A stretch of 64,000 nt of DNA, taken from positions 128,001 to 192,000 of the forward strand of contig BK006934.2 of the NCBI GenBank assembly GCA_000146045.2. Reading direction: 5' to 3'. The position numbers and the translations under genes were made by a program. Below, in pieces: positions 10,694 through 20,669 of this stretch; the first letter of the stretch is position 1; each line of letters begins with the position of its first letter. This stretch comes from TPA_inf: Saccharomyces. Taxonomy: Eukaryota. Below the pieces are notes generated by a model. The model made no database searches. It was not told where the DNA came from and was given only the letters and a program-made list of their open reading frames with translations.

Positions 10694-11851
10694 ATGGCTT
10701 GGTCTGGTGGTAAGGATATAGTGGATCAGATATTTGATGCTGGGTATTGGCTCGTCTCGAAAAGCGCTGTCTTGAGCGATGAGATCAAGAACCACGTCGA
10801 AAAATCAATTGAATCCATATCTGGAAAGATATCCAACAAGGAGACTCCTCGACTACAGGAAAACGACAGTAACAGATCTAAAGTATATAAAACTTTGAGG
10901 ATCGGGCTCCAGGATCATTGGAAGCTAGGCTTGGGAATTTCTGCCACCTCCCTGTGCTTATACCTTGGGTATAGGACCTTTTTTAAACTGCCACCTAATT
11001 TACCTGAAGCAGAATCTCAAGTGGTATTAATACTGGGCGATATGAATGATCCTATCATAAGGAATCAAGTGATGGATTTATATCGCAGACGGTTTACAGT
11101 ATATATTTGTACTGAAAATGCAGACGTCTATAAGAAGCACGAAGAAGATCAGGATTTCATATATTACATTGATCCCACCTGCGAAAAAGACTTCGAGGGT
11201 TTTTTTGTTGATGTACCAAGGCTAGCATCCATATTGTTTATGCCAAGGTTATCATATCATCCATCCGGAGTAATTTCATGTGACTCATTGGAATCTGAAA
11301 TTCATTCAAGTATATTTGTGTATTATCAAGCATTATTAAGCATTATACCCCATTTGAAGAGAAAAACCCAACTAATTATGTTCAATCCATCTTTGACTGC
11401 GGACCTGAACTTAGTCCATCATAGTACAGAAATTATAACGTCTGGAATAATCGACTCACTATTTAAAATTTTCAAGGAATATCAAAGGTTAAATGTTTCC
11501 ACAATCAAGCTTGGAATCCTGCAGATTGGGTCACAACCATCGAACTATAAATTTTTGAGAATGGCCGGTTCAGACATTCACGAGGCCCTACATTATCCAG
11601 TTTACAAAATGATAATGAGTGCGAATGGGTATAAACTAAGACAACTGCTAAGTTGGTTAACGACTTTGGGAGGTTACAATAGTGTGTATTATTGCGGCCG
11701 TTTTAGTTATTTAGTCTCATGGCCATTTGCTTCACTTATATTCAACCATCACACACGTCTTTCCCTGAAACGCTTGAGAGGAAGATTAGCCAAGGTATAT
11801 AGCAGCATTATTTCGTTTTTTTGCCGGTCATCTTCTAAATCATCCAAATAA
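10694..11851 (+). CDS. YSC83: Mitochondrial membrane protein Ysc83 (385 aa from the ATG at 10694)
   Basis: The ORF-track start at 10670 is a TTG codon. The first ATG is at 10694 (MAWSGGKDIV…). Position between YSC84 and ARG4 matches YHR017W. Confidence 0.8.
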   Translation: MAWSGGKDIVDQIFDAGYWLVSKSAVLSDEIKNHVEKSIESISGKISNKETPRLQENDSNRSKVYKTLRIGLQDHWKLGLGISATSLCLYLGYRTFFKLPPNLPEAESQVVLILGDMNDPIIRNQVMDLYRRRFTVYICTENADVYKKHEEDQDFIYYIDPTCEKDFEGFFVDVPRLASILFMPRLSYHPSGVISCDSLESEIHSSIFVYYQALLSIIPHLKRKTQLIMFNPSLTADLNLVHHSTEIITSGIIDSLFKIFKEYQRLNVSTIKLGILQIGSQPSNYKFLRMAGSDIHEALHYPVYKMIMSANGYKLRQLLSWLTTLGGYNSVYYCGRFSYLVSWPFASLIFNHHTRLSLKRLRGRLAKVYSSIISFFCRSSSKSSK

Positions 11852-12010
11852 TATCCTTGATTAGATAACAATTGCTTATCTACGTATATATATACATAGC
11901 ACAATCTCGAAAATATAATACTAATAACAAAATAAGTATTTAAAGAAGGGTTGATGAAGTCCTAGAAGTACCAGACCTGATGAAATTCTTGCGCATAACG
12001 TCGCCATCTG

Positions 12011-13402
12011 CTAATTTAATTGGGATTTCAAATTATCCAATTGCTTCAATACAGCAGATTTAGCGGTTCCACCAGTAGCATCTCGTCTTTCAACGCTTTG
12101 TTCAAAGTTAAAAGTTTCAAAAAGATCTTGTCCGAATCTCGAATCGATCTTTTGATACTGCTCCAAGGTTAATTTATCAATACCGCTTAGACCAAGTCTT
12201 TCAGCAGTAGCGACACACTCACCAGATATGTGATGAGTCTCTCTGAATGGAACACCCTTTCTGACCAAGTAATCTGCCAAGTCGGTAGCTAGCATATCCA
12301 TCGTGAGAGCAGCTTCCATCTTTTCCTTATTTACAGTTAAGGTAGAAATAACACCTGTGGCAATCAGCATGGAGTGCTCTACAGTTGTTAAGCAATCGAA
12401 TAGTGGCTCTTTGTCTTCTTGCATGTCTTTATCATAAGTAGATGGGATACCCTTCAAACTCATCAAGAATCCTGTCAGATCACCAAATACTCTACCGGAT
12501 TTACCTCTTAACAACTCTAACGAGTCTGCATTCTTCTTCTGAGGCATTAAAGAAGAACCTGTTGAATAGGCGTCGCTCAACTGTATGAAACCAAATTCTG
12601 CTGTACAATATATAATCAAATCTTCAGCAAAACGAGAAATATGGTTCATGAACAAAGTTCCCCAAAACATCAACTCCACGATGAAATCTCTATCAGAAAC
12701 AGCAACCAAGGAGTTACCAATTACACTATTGAAACCCAAACCTTCAGCCAAAAATTCTCTATCAATGCCGTAAGGATGACCAGCAAGAGCGCCTGCACCC
12801 AGTGGTGATTGATTCAATCTGTGTAGTATTTGACCCAGTCTCTTGTAATCTTCGGTGAAGTATGTTGCATAAGAGCTCAACCAATGAGACCATCTAATAG
12901 GTTGTGCCCTTTGTAAATGTGTGTAGCCTGGCATTAAGACATCTATCTCACCTTCGGCCCTCTTAATTAGAACTTCAACCAAGCCCTTTAAAGCTGGAAA
13001 GAGGGTGTCATTGACAATGTCACGACAGTATATTCTCAAATCGGTAACAACTTGATCATTACGGGATCTACCGGTGTGGACTTTACCAGCAATATCGCGG
13101 CCAATTAGTTCACCAAGACGTCTTTCATTCGCAGTATGGATATCCTCGTCGTTTGGATGACGGACAAATTTGTCAGCGTCCCATTCTTTTTTGATTTCAG
13201 CCAAACCTTCATGGATCTTTGCCAATTCTGTCTCCGTTAGAAGACCCAACTTCTGCAAGCCCGCTGTGTATACTTTAGTTCCTTCTAAATCTGCCTTATA
13301 CATCTTATAATCATACGGAAGAGACGCATTGTAAAGGTGCATCAAAGGATCGGTTTCACCAGTGAATCTCCCACCCCATAGTTTTTGAGTGCCGTCTGAC
13401 AT
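12011..13402 (-). CDS. ARG4: Argininosuccinate lyase (463 aa)
   Basis: [19 protein letters not shown]… with the lyase-1/fumarase signature (…[15 protein letters not shown]…). ATG confirmed at 13402. Confidence 0.95.
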
Positions 13403-13515
13403 GTTTGCCTTAGTCTTGTTATATAGTTACCTGCTTTTGAGCTCTTCAATTGCGAATATTCTCCCCTAGCTAAAGAAAGGTAGTCTTATCTCAGAGTTCT
13501 GTGCTTCGCTGACCT

Positions 13516-13581
13516 TTTATAATCCTTTTTTTTTTTTTTCACATGTTTCAATTTGCGCCAGCTTATCCAAAAAGTGAGTCA
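13516..13581. promoter_or_regulatory. ARG4 promoter: 14-nt poly(dT:dA) tract (13516-13529) and Gcn4 site TGAGTCA (13575-13581)
   Basis: A run of 14 T is seen directly. TGAGTCA is the palindromic Gcn4/AP-1 core ~175 bp upstream of the ARG4 ATG. ARG4 is a classic general-control target, and its promoter is a classic meiotic DSB hotspot. Confidence 0.55.
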
Positions 13582-13893
13582 TTCATCTACTAATCATGAT
13601 TTTCGGGATTCTGCCAATGAGTAACCACCACAAGAACGAACAAATAATCGAAAAAAAAAAACTGTTCTAGGCCAGATATGATGGAGCCTTGGCAGATCAG
13701 GTTATTTGATTGTCGTTAACAGAGGGTTTGGAAGAGTAAAGAAAAATTAATTGCCTGCGCCAACCATTTATTGTTATAACGCTAATTCTTGAATAAATCA
13801 ATGAATAATTAGAGAGAGGGAGGAACGTAAATATTAATCGGTATAAATATTTGTATATATGTGAGCGCTCACGTACTCTTCAGTAACTAAAGA

Positions 13894-15558
13894 TCATGGC
13901 TTACATCTACCGCTGAAACGTGGATACAAGGAACAGTCTCTGACAGTGAATCTGTCACACAACCAGGCTAAAATACGTTCGGTACCGATACCGTAACCAC
14001 CATGTGGGCAAGTACCGTATTTTCTTTGGTCAATGAACCAGTAGTAGGCGTCGGTATCAATACCCTCACGCTTAAACCCTGCCATTAGTTCGTCCATGTC
14101 GTCGATTCTCATAGAACCACCAGTGATTTCACCAACGTTTGGCATCAAAACGTCGACGGATTCAGTGACGCGGGGGTCGTCAGAACAACGCTTCATGTAG
14201 AAAGACTTGATTTCTACTGGGAATCTCGTCAAAAAGATTGGGACGCCGATGGTATCGGTCATCTTTCTTTCAGCAGCTTCTGCAATATCGTCACCAAATT
14301 TAAAGTCTTCGCCCTCTTCGTTCTTGATGTCGTGTTCGTTCAACCAGGTAATGGCATCCTTGTACTGTAATCTCATGAATGGAGCCTTTGGAGCCTTAAA
14401 GTTTGGATTCAATTGTTTTACGAGTGGGCCAGCAATTGGGTCTTCCAAAACGTATTGCACGGATTTGACGATCAAAGTTTCAATATGTTGTAATAGATCG
14501 TCGAAAGTCAAGAAGGCCAATTCAGCTTCGATATGGGTATATTCGGACAAATGTCTTCTTGTGTGGGACTTTTCAGCTCTGAAAGATTCTTGGATGGTAT
14601 AAACATCACCTAGGGAGGCCAAACAGGTTTCTAAATATAATTGGGAACTTTGGGTCAAGTAAGCTTCCTCGCCGTAATAGTTCATCTTGAACAAAGTGGA
14701 ACCACCTTCGACTTGAGTTTGCACCATACATGGTGGGGTAACTTCTGTCAAATGTTCTTCATCATAAACACGTCTAACGCTTTTCAGTAGAGCAGCACGG
14801 ACTTTCATGACTGCAGACAAGGCATCTCCTCTCAAGGCCAAATGACGTTGGTCCAACAGTAAAGAAGGGTCTGAGCCCTCTGCGATTTTGTTTGTAAAGG
14901 AGTCTTCACCACCGGGGGCCAAACCTACAACTTCGTAATAGTCGACATTCAATTCAACACCACCTGGAGCGGTTTTACCCTCAGGCAATTTGACTATGGT
15001 ACCGTACAGAGTAACGGTGGATTCCAAAGTCAGGTCCAAAGTTTGTTGAGCCAATGCCAAATCACCGGACAAGACACATTGAATGAAACCAGATCCGTCT
15101 CTGAGGACGACGAAAATAACCTTCTTGTTAGAACGTAATCTATGGATCCAACCGGAAACCTTAACTCTTTGTCCGACCTTGGAATAAGAGTCATAAATTC
15201 TAGTCTTAATGGCAGCTGGTAGCGATTCGTCCTCCTTAATGGTGATATTCAAAGCAGACAATTGCTTGGCAGCATTTTCTGCCTCTTTTTGTTGTTTCTT
15301 CAACTCCTGTTCCTTTTGCTTGACTGCCTTTTTCTTCAAACCATCACAGCCCTTACGAGCCTTCTTCAAAGCAGAAGCACTGATTTCCTGGTACTCGTTG
15401 TCTTCTGTCTTAAACACGAAAAGCTTAGGTTCCGTGGCATCGCTCTTCTGTTGAGATGCGAACAAAGCATATGCTGGGGTTTTGAATGGATGGTCTTGTG
15501 AACCGGCTGTGGTCAATTCGTCTACACCGGTAGCCTCCTTAATGTACAAAGATGACAT
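13894..15558 (-). CDS. DED81: Cytosolic asparaginyl-tRNA synthetase (554 aa)
   Basis: Class-IIb aaRS with an N-terminal OB-fold anticodon-binding domain (…RVKVSGWIHRLRSNKKVIFVVLRDGSGFIQCVL…) and motifs 2/3 (…FRAEKSHTRRHLSEYTHIEAE…, …GGSMRIDD…GYGIGTERIL…). ATG at 15558. Confidence 0.95.
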   Translation of the reverse strand: MSSLYIKEATGVDELTTAGSQDHPFKTPAYALFASQQKSDATEPKLFVFKTEDNEYQEISASALKKARKGCDGLKKKAVKQKEQELKKQQKEAENAAKQLSALNITIKEDESLPAAIKTRIYDSYSKVGQRVKVSGWIHRLRSNKKVIFVVLRDGSGFIQCVLSGDLALAQQTLDLTLESTVTLYGTIVKLPEGKTAPGGVELNVDYYEVVGLAPGGEDSFTNKIAEGSDPSLLLDQRHLALRGDALSAVMKVRAALLKSVRRVYDEEHLTEVTPPCMVQTQVEGGSTLFKMNYYGEEAYLTQSSQLYLETCLASLGDVYTIQESFRAEKSHTRRHLSEYTHIEAELAFLTFDDLLQHIETLIVKSVQYVLEDPIAGPLVKQLNPNFKAPKAPFMRLQYKDAITWLNEHDIKNEEGEDFKFGDDIAEAAERKMTDTIGVPIFLTRFPVEIKSFYMKRCSDDPRVTESVDVLMPNVGEITGGSMRIDDMDELMAGFKREGIDTDAYYWFIDQRKYGTCPHGGYGIGTERILAWLCDRFTVRDCSLYPRFSGRCKP

Positions 15559-15812
15559 GTTTGAAAAAAATGAGGATATAGATTACCTTGCTACTTGCGT
15601 GAGGACCCAGCACCGACTACTACTACGCACAATCTGAGGCCCAAACGTAATTTCTTCTACCTTTTTGATCGTCTTTGATAGCTCGACAGTATGACTGATC
15701 GAACTATCAGGGCATTGATCACCATGCACGATGGAAAATTTTTCACTTTTGCGTCCGATGGGAGGACGCGCCACGGATTTGGTAAAAAATGAAAAATTGG
15801 ATAAGCGATGCT

Positions 15813-15819
15813 TGAGTCA
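15813..15819. promoter_or_regulatory. Gcn4 site TGAGTCA in the shared divergent promoter of DED81 and YHR020W
   Basis: Exact TGAGTCA core midway in the 437-bp divergent intergenic region between two aminoacyl-tRNA synthetase genes. An A/T-rich element (gaaaatttttc, RRPE-like) lies nearby at ~15745. Confidence 0.4.
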
Positions 15820-15995
15820 CTGAATGTCTTGGCCCTCGATTGGAAAAAGTATGCTCGTTACTTTTGCTAGATAGTTGCTGGCGGCCTGAAAAGCTTTCCT
15901 ATAAGAGAATATAGAGGTTGGTGTACATCCGTGCTTCGACACATTATATAAAAAACATAACCATAAAGTAAGAGAGTAGAAGAACAAATCAAAAT

Positions 15996-18062
15996 ATGCC
16001 TGTTTCGGAAGCGTTTGCCAAGTTGTGTGTGAATGAGAAGCCTCCTGCTGAATCTGCCGTTGCGGTGAAGTCTTTGGTCTTCAAACCAAAGACTCCAAAG
16101 TCCGCCACCCCTGTTCCTATCGTTGTGGTGGCTTTGCAATCTACTACTACTCCTTCTGCGTTGATTGCCAACGCTACGTCCAGTAAGGATCCAAGATTGG
16201 CTCGCGATGATTTGGTCAAGCAAGCGTTCCAATCTGAATCCGCTAGAGCTTTTATCTTGGGGGATTTGGCTAACGCCACGTCCAATTTTCACTTGCTAAT
16301 TGATCACGAGTTGGGTACTGTTGACGGTGACACTATCTTGCAGTTAAACGACAGTACTTATATGAAGAAATCTGACATGATGAAATTTCTAAACAATTTT
16401 GAGGATAGTCAAAAAGTGGTTGATTTCTCCCAAGAGGTGTCTAAGGAAACCGCTACAGAAGGCAAGAAACAACAGAAAAAGCAGCAACCTTCTAAGGCAG
16501 GCACTGCAGCAGCAGCAGCAGCAGCAGCTTTGGAAGACGCCAAACTTATTGGTATCACCGTAGACAAAGCGTTGGATTTCCCAGGCTGGTACCAACAAAT
16601 CTTGACCAAGGGTGAAATGTTGGACTACTACGATGTTTCTGGCTGTTACATCTTAAGACCTCCTTCTTATGCGATCTGGGAAAACATTCAGAAATGGTTC
16701 GACGACAAGATCAAGGCCATTGGTGTACAAAATGCCTATTTCCCAATGTTTGTTTCCTCACGTGTGTTGGAAAAGGAAAAGGACCATGTTGAAGGCTTTG
16801 CTCCAGAAGTTGCCTGGGTCACCAGAGCTGGCTCCTCTGAATTGGAAGAACCAATCGCCATTAGACCAACTTCTGAAACTGTCATGTATCCTTACTACGC
16901 AAAATGGGTCCAGTCTTACAGAGATTTACCATTGAAACTAAACCAATGGAATTCTGTGGTTAGATGGGAATTCAAGCATCCTCAGCCCTTTTTAAGAACC
17001 AGAGAATTCTTGTGGCAAGAAGGTCATACTGCTCACTTGACTGCTAAGGATGCCGAAGAGGAGGTTTTGCAAATCTTAGATTTCTACGCTGGGGTTTACG
17101 AAGAGTTATTAGCTGTTCCAGTGGTTAAGGGTAGAAAGACCGAAAAGGAAAAATTTGCTGGTGGTGACTTCACCACAACTTGTGAAGGCTATATTCCACA
17201 AACCGGTCGTGGTATTCAAGGTGCCACCTCTCACCATTTGGGCCAAAACTTTTCTAAGATGTTCAATTTGTCTGTGGAGAACCCACTAGGTTCTGATCAT
17301 CCAAAGATCTTTGCGTACCAAAATTCATGGGGTTTATCCACTCGTGTCATTGGTGTCATGGTCATGATCCACTCTGACAACAAGGGTTTGGTTATCCCAC
17401 CAAGAGTGTCCCAATTCCAATCCGTTGTCATTCCAGTGGGCATCACAAAGAAGACCTCTGAGGAACAGCGTAAACACATTCATGAAACAGCCAGAAGTGT
17501 GGAATCCCGTTTGAAAAAGGTTGGCATTAGAGCCTTTGGTGACTATAACGATAATTACACACCAGGTTGGAAATTTTCCCAATACGAGCTAAAGGGTATT
17601 CCAATCCGTATTGAATTAGGTCCTAAGGATATTGAAAAAAACCAAGTCGTTGTCGTTCGTAGAAATGACTCCAAGAAATACGTCGTTTCTTTCGACGAAT
17701 TGGAAGCCCGTATCCCAGAAATCTTAGAAGAAATGCAAGGAGATTTGTTCAAAAAAGCCAAGGAGCTATTCGACACCCACAGAGTTATCGTTAATGAATG
17801 GAGTGGTTTTGTTCCAGCATTGAACAAGAAGAACGTTATCTTAGCACCATGGTGTGGTGTGATGGAATGTGAAGAAGATATCAAGGAATCTTCTGCAAAG
17901 AAAGACGATGGTGAAGAATTCGAGGAAGATGACAAGGCACCAAGTATGGGTGCCAAATCTTTATGTATCCCATTCGACCAACCTGTATTGAATGAAGGTC
18001 AAAAATGTATCAAGTGTGAACGTATTGCTGTCAATTACTGTATGTTCGGTCGTTCTTATTAG
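15996..18062 (+). CDS. YHR020W: Prolyl-tRNA synthetase, cytosolic-type (688 aa)
   Basis: Class-IIa ProRS catalytic core (…LRPTSETVMYPYYAKWVQSYRDLPLKLNQWNSVVRWEF…, …GATSHHLGQNFSKMF…) with a C-terminal zinc-binding domain (…CIKCERIAVNYCMFGRSY). Internal poly-Ala (GCA)8 at 16506-16529. ATG at 15996. Confidence 0.9.
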   Translation: MPVSEAFAKLCVNEKPPAESAVAVKSLVFKPKTPKSATPVPIVVVALQSTTTPSALIANATSSKDPRLARDDLVKQAFQSESARAFILGDLANATSNFHLLIDHELGTVDGDTILQLNDSTYMKKSDMMKFLNNFEDSQKVVDFSQEVSKETATEGKKQQKKQQPSKAGTAAAAAAAALEDAKLIGITVDKALDFPGWYQQILTKGEMLDYYDVSGCYILRPPSYAIWENIQKWFDDKIKAIGVQNAYFPMFVSSRVLEKEKDHVEGFAPEVAWVTRAGSSELEEPIAIRPTSETVMYPYYAKWVQSYRDLPLKLNQWNSVVRWEFKHPQPFLRTREFLWQEGHTAHLTAKDAEEEVLQILDFYAGVYEELLAVPVVKGRKTEKEKFAGGDFTTTCEGYIPQTGRGIQGATSHHLGQNFSKMFNLSVENPLGSDHPKIFAYQNSWGLSTRVIGVMVMIHSDNKGLVIPPRVSQFQSVVIPVGITKKTSEEQRKHIHETARSVESRLKKVGIRAFGDYNDNYTPGWKFSQYELKGIPIRIELGPKDIEKNQVVVVRRNDSKKYVVSFDELEARIPEILEEMQGDLFKKAKELFDTHRVIVNEWSGFVPALNKKNVILAPWCGVMECEEDIKESSAKKDDGEEFEEDDKAPSMGAKSLCIPFDQPVLNEGQKCIKCERIAVNYCMFGRSY

Positions 18063-18241
18063 TTGCATTTCCCACCTATAATTTTCATGTATAGAGTTTT
18101 TATTTTGTGCTTTTTATCTTTCTAAAAATCAAATATCATCATTTTCAAATAATGTTTCCGCTATTAAATGTACCTTACCATGTTGACAGCTTATACATTA
18201 ACAGACCTTTATAGTACTGTTATGGTAATAACAAAAAAGAT

Positions 18242-18314
18242 TGGACGAGTCCGGAATCGAACCGGAGACCTCTCCCATGCTAAGGGAGCGCGCTACCGAC
18301 TACGCCACACGCCC
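18242..18314 (-). tRNA. tA(AGC): tRNA-Ala (anticodon AGC), 73 nt
   Basis: Reverse complement GGGCGTGTGGCGTAGTCGGTAGCGCGCTCCCTTAGCATGGGAGAGGTCTCCGGTTCGATTCCGGACTCGTCCA. G3:U70 Ala identity pair, anticodon loop cttAGCat, T6 terminator downstream on the minus strand. Confidence 0.9.
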
Positions 18315-18330
18315 TGATATTTGTTGAATG

Positions 18331-18671
18331 TGTTGTATTACGGGCTCGAGTAATACCGGAGTGTCTTGACAATCCTAATCTGAACAGTCTTAGGGAAGTA
18401 ACCAGTTGTCAAAACGGTTTATCAGATTAATTCACGGAATGTTACTTATCTTATATATTATATAAAATATGAATCATACTAAGTGGTGGAAGCGCGGAAT
18501 CTCGGATCTAAACTAATTGTTCAGGCATTTATACTTTTGGGTAGTTCAGCTAGGGAAGGACGGGTTTTGTCTCATGTTGTTCGTTTTGTTATAAGGTTGT
18601 TTCATATGTGTTTTATGAACGTTTAGGATGACGTATTGTCATACTGACGTATCTCATTTTGAGATACAACA
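18331..18671 (-). mobile_element. Ty3 sigma solo LTR (341 bp), 16 bp upstream of the tRNA-Ala 5' end, flanked by 5-bp target-site duplication GAATG (18326-18330 and 18672-18676)
   Basis: Full-length match to sigma (TGTTGTATTACGGGCTCGAGTAATACCGG…GAGATACAACA, inverted termini). The spacing of 16 bp from the mature tRNA 5' end is the hallmark of Ty3 integration at pol III start sites. A perfect GAATG direct repeat is visible at both junctions. Confidence 0.85.
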
Positions 18672-18762
18672 GAATGAGTGGTATTAAAGAAATAAGGAAT
18701 ACCATAAGGTTGATCAAAATTAAATATTGGAAGGAAGGTAACTAGCTTTTTGACTTTATTAT

Positions 18763-19192
18763 TGTTGGAACTAATAATCATTAATATTCGACACTTTAAA
18801 AATTTTTTATAAGATTAATATCGTTGCAATTAATACACCGTTTGTTGCTATGCTAACAATGTGAATACGCACACCGTATATTTATGTTCATTTCGTATAT
18901 GTTTTTGCATGGGTGTGCCTTTTGCAGAAGACAGAAATGTTGTTCTGGCAAGGGAGACAATAGTTCAGTTGAGGTAAGGCCCTATTAGTTGAACATTAGA
19001 GTGCAAGTCATATATATGAGTAAAATGGGTGTCACATTAAATATATCGTGACTACCCAATCTTCTATTGTATTGGTGGTATTTAAGGTGAACTAATCCGC
19101 ATGTGTTTTATATAATTTCAGACAGAAACAATTATCCTTAGTGAAAAAAATAAGAAAATTCTGGTTCGGTTATTGAGTTATTTTAAAACCTT
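18763..19192. mobile_element. Probable old solo LTR (tau/Ty4-like?) beginning TGTTGGAAC… and ending …TTCCTAACA; further degenerate LTR-like sequence may extend to ~19,700
   Basis: TGTTGG…CTAACA imperfect inverted termini, tRNA-proximal location, AT-rich with no long ORF. Family assignment is from memory of the Ty4 LTR and is unverified. No clean TSD found. Confidence 0.35.
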
Positions 19193-19870
19193 ATTCCTAA
19201 CAGCAGCTTTCACTATTTCCAGTGACATTTATGCCCGGTATAATGACCATTGCAATAACATGTATACATGTAATTCCAGGTGCATCATTTATGCTTCTGG
19301 CACTTACAGTATAGATTTTAATACCAAAAAATGGTATCAGTAATGTTACCAGCGATTTCTAACCAAATGTGACTGGTATTACTATTAGGGTATTCGATGT
19401 ATCAAATGTTACTATCATTATCACTATTGTGGATATAGTATTGGGCTCTATCACGATACTCCATTTAACTCCTACAAAGAGGTTACGCTCGGATGAAATG
19501 CCTTTGTTTAACACCACAGCAGCTAACTGTGGCTACAGGGTCGAGGACTATATCTGCACTTTTATGGTCATTACTAAGAATACTAGAGAAACTTACTGTA
19601 CGATACAATTCAAATGACAAAACCTCCTCTCCTACGGATTGTGCCTTTGATCATAAGATTAACAATGTCAAGAATGTTCCTCTCCTTTTAAACATCATTG
19701 GAAAATTCATTATTTAAATATATAATGAACCTGCCGACCTACTTCAACATCGCCTCCTTAGCGTATCCTTTCCGATTCTAAAAGGTTAATTTAATTGATT
19801 AAAAGTAAATTTATATTTATATATTTAGATAAAAGAAGATGATTTTAACTACACAAAAAAATAAATTAAC

Positions 19871-20669
19871 TTACTTTCTTCTGAAAGAAGTACCTTCAGA
19901 TAATTTGGCCTTACCACCGGTTGGAGTACATAAGACAGTAGAGCATGATTCACAAGTGACAGCAGTTTGAGCATGAGAAAAAACAGTGGTGATGTTCAAA
20001 CAACCTGGGCATTTGACATCCAAGAAGTAGGATCTTGGGCCTTGAACCAAAGTCTTTAACTTGTGCTTTCTGGCTTCAGAAGCAGCAGTTGGGTGCAACA
20101 AATCTTGAACTAAAACCTGTAATGAAATAAATAGAAACGAAAACGAAAGTCGTTTCACAAAAAAATTGATGTTAGTAATTTGAAAACTGTAGGGTTGGGT
20201 AGGATACATCAGAAAAGTTAGAGGAGACAGGAAAAAGTGAGCATTTGTGCTCCAAAAAAAGAAGGATAAATCATTACCCAGCAGTATCCGGCATCATGAT
20301 CCGCCATCTTCAACTGCTATAAGTTTCTATTATTGTTAGATTACCCATAACTCAACACCATATGCTTATCTCCACAGTAGATCTCAAATTTTCTGCTATA
20401 CAGAGCCTTTCAATTCCCTATCTAAAAATTAATTGCTTTCTTTGCACGTCTTTAAAGTCTCCGTTACCAGTTTAATGCATGATTTGTTGATTTTGCGGAA
20501 ACGCATACTCCTATCAAATGTCAGAGGTTGATTACTGCTTTATTTTCCTTTCTTTCTTTTTATTTTAGGCTTTTTTCTTCTACTAGAATTTCATCCGAAT
20601 TCATTCCTCAAATATTGTTCTCTTCTGTTTCCTTCACATCTTATGTTTAATATCTCTTTCACATACCAT
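19871..20669 (-). CDS. RPS27B: Ribosomal protein S27 (eS27), spliced: complement(join(19871..20116,20667..20669)); 3-nt first exon (ATG only), 550-nt intron 20117..20666
   Basis: Minus strand ATG|GTATGT at 20669-20661. Branchpoint TACTAAC is the reverse complement of gttagtaat (~20175), and the 3'SS is CATTACAG|GTTTTAGTTCAAGATTTGTTGCAC. Spliced product [22 protein letters not shown]…C4 zinc finger…RRK is 82 aa. The ORF-track call (112 aa) reads into the intron. Confidence 0.85.

Noticed and set aside
15867-16292. 141-aa and 98-aa minus-strand ORFs overlapping the YHR020W start
   Set aside because: Antisense to the divergent promoter and the first 100 codons of ProRS. No independent support.
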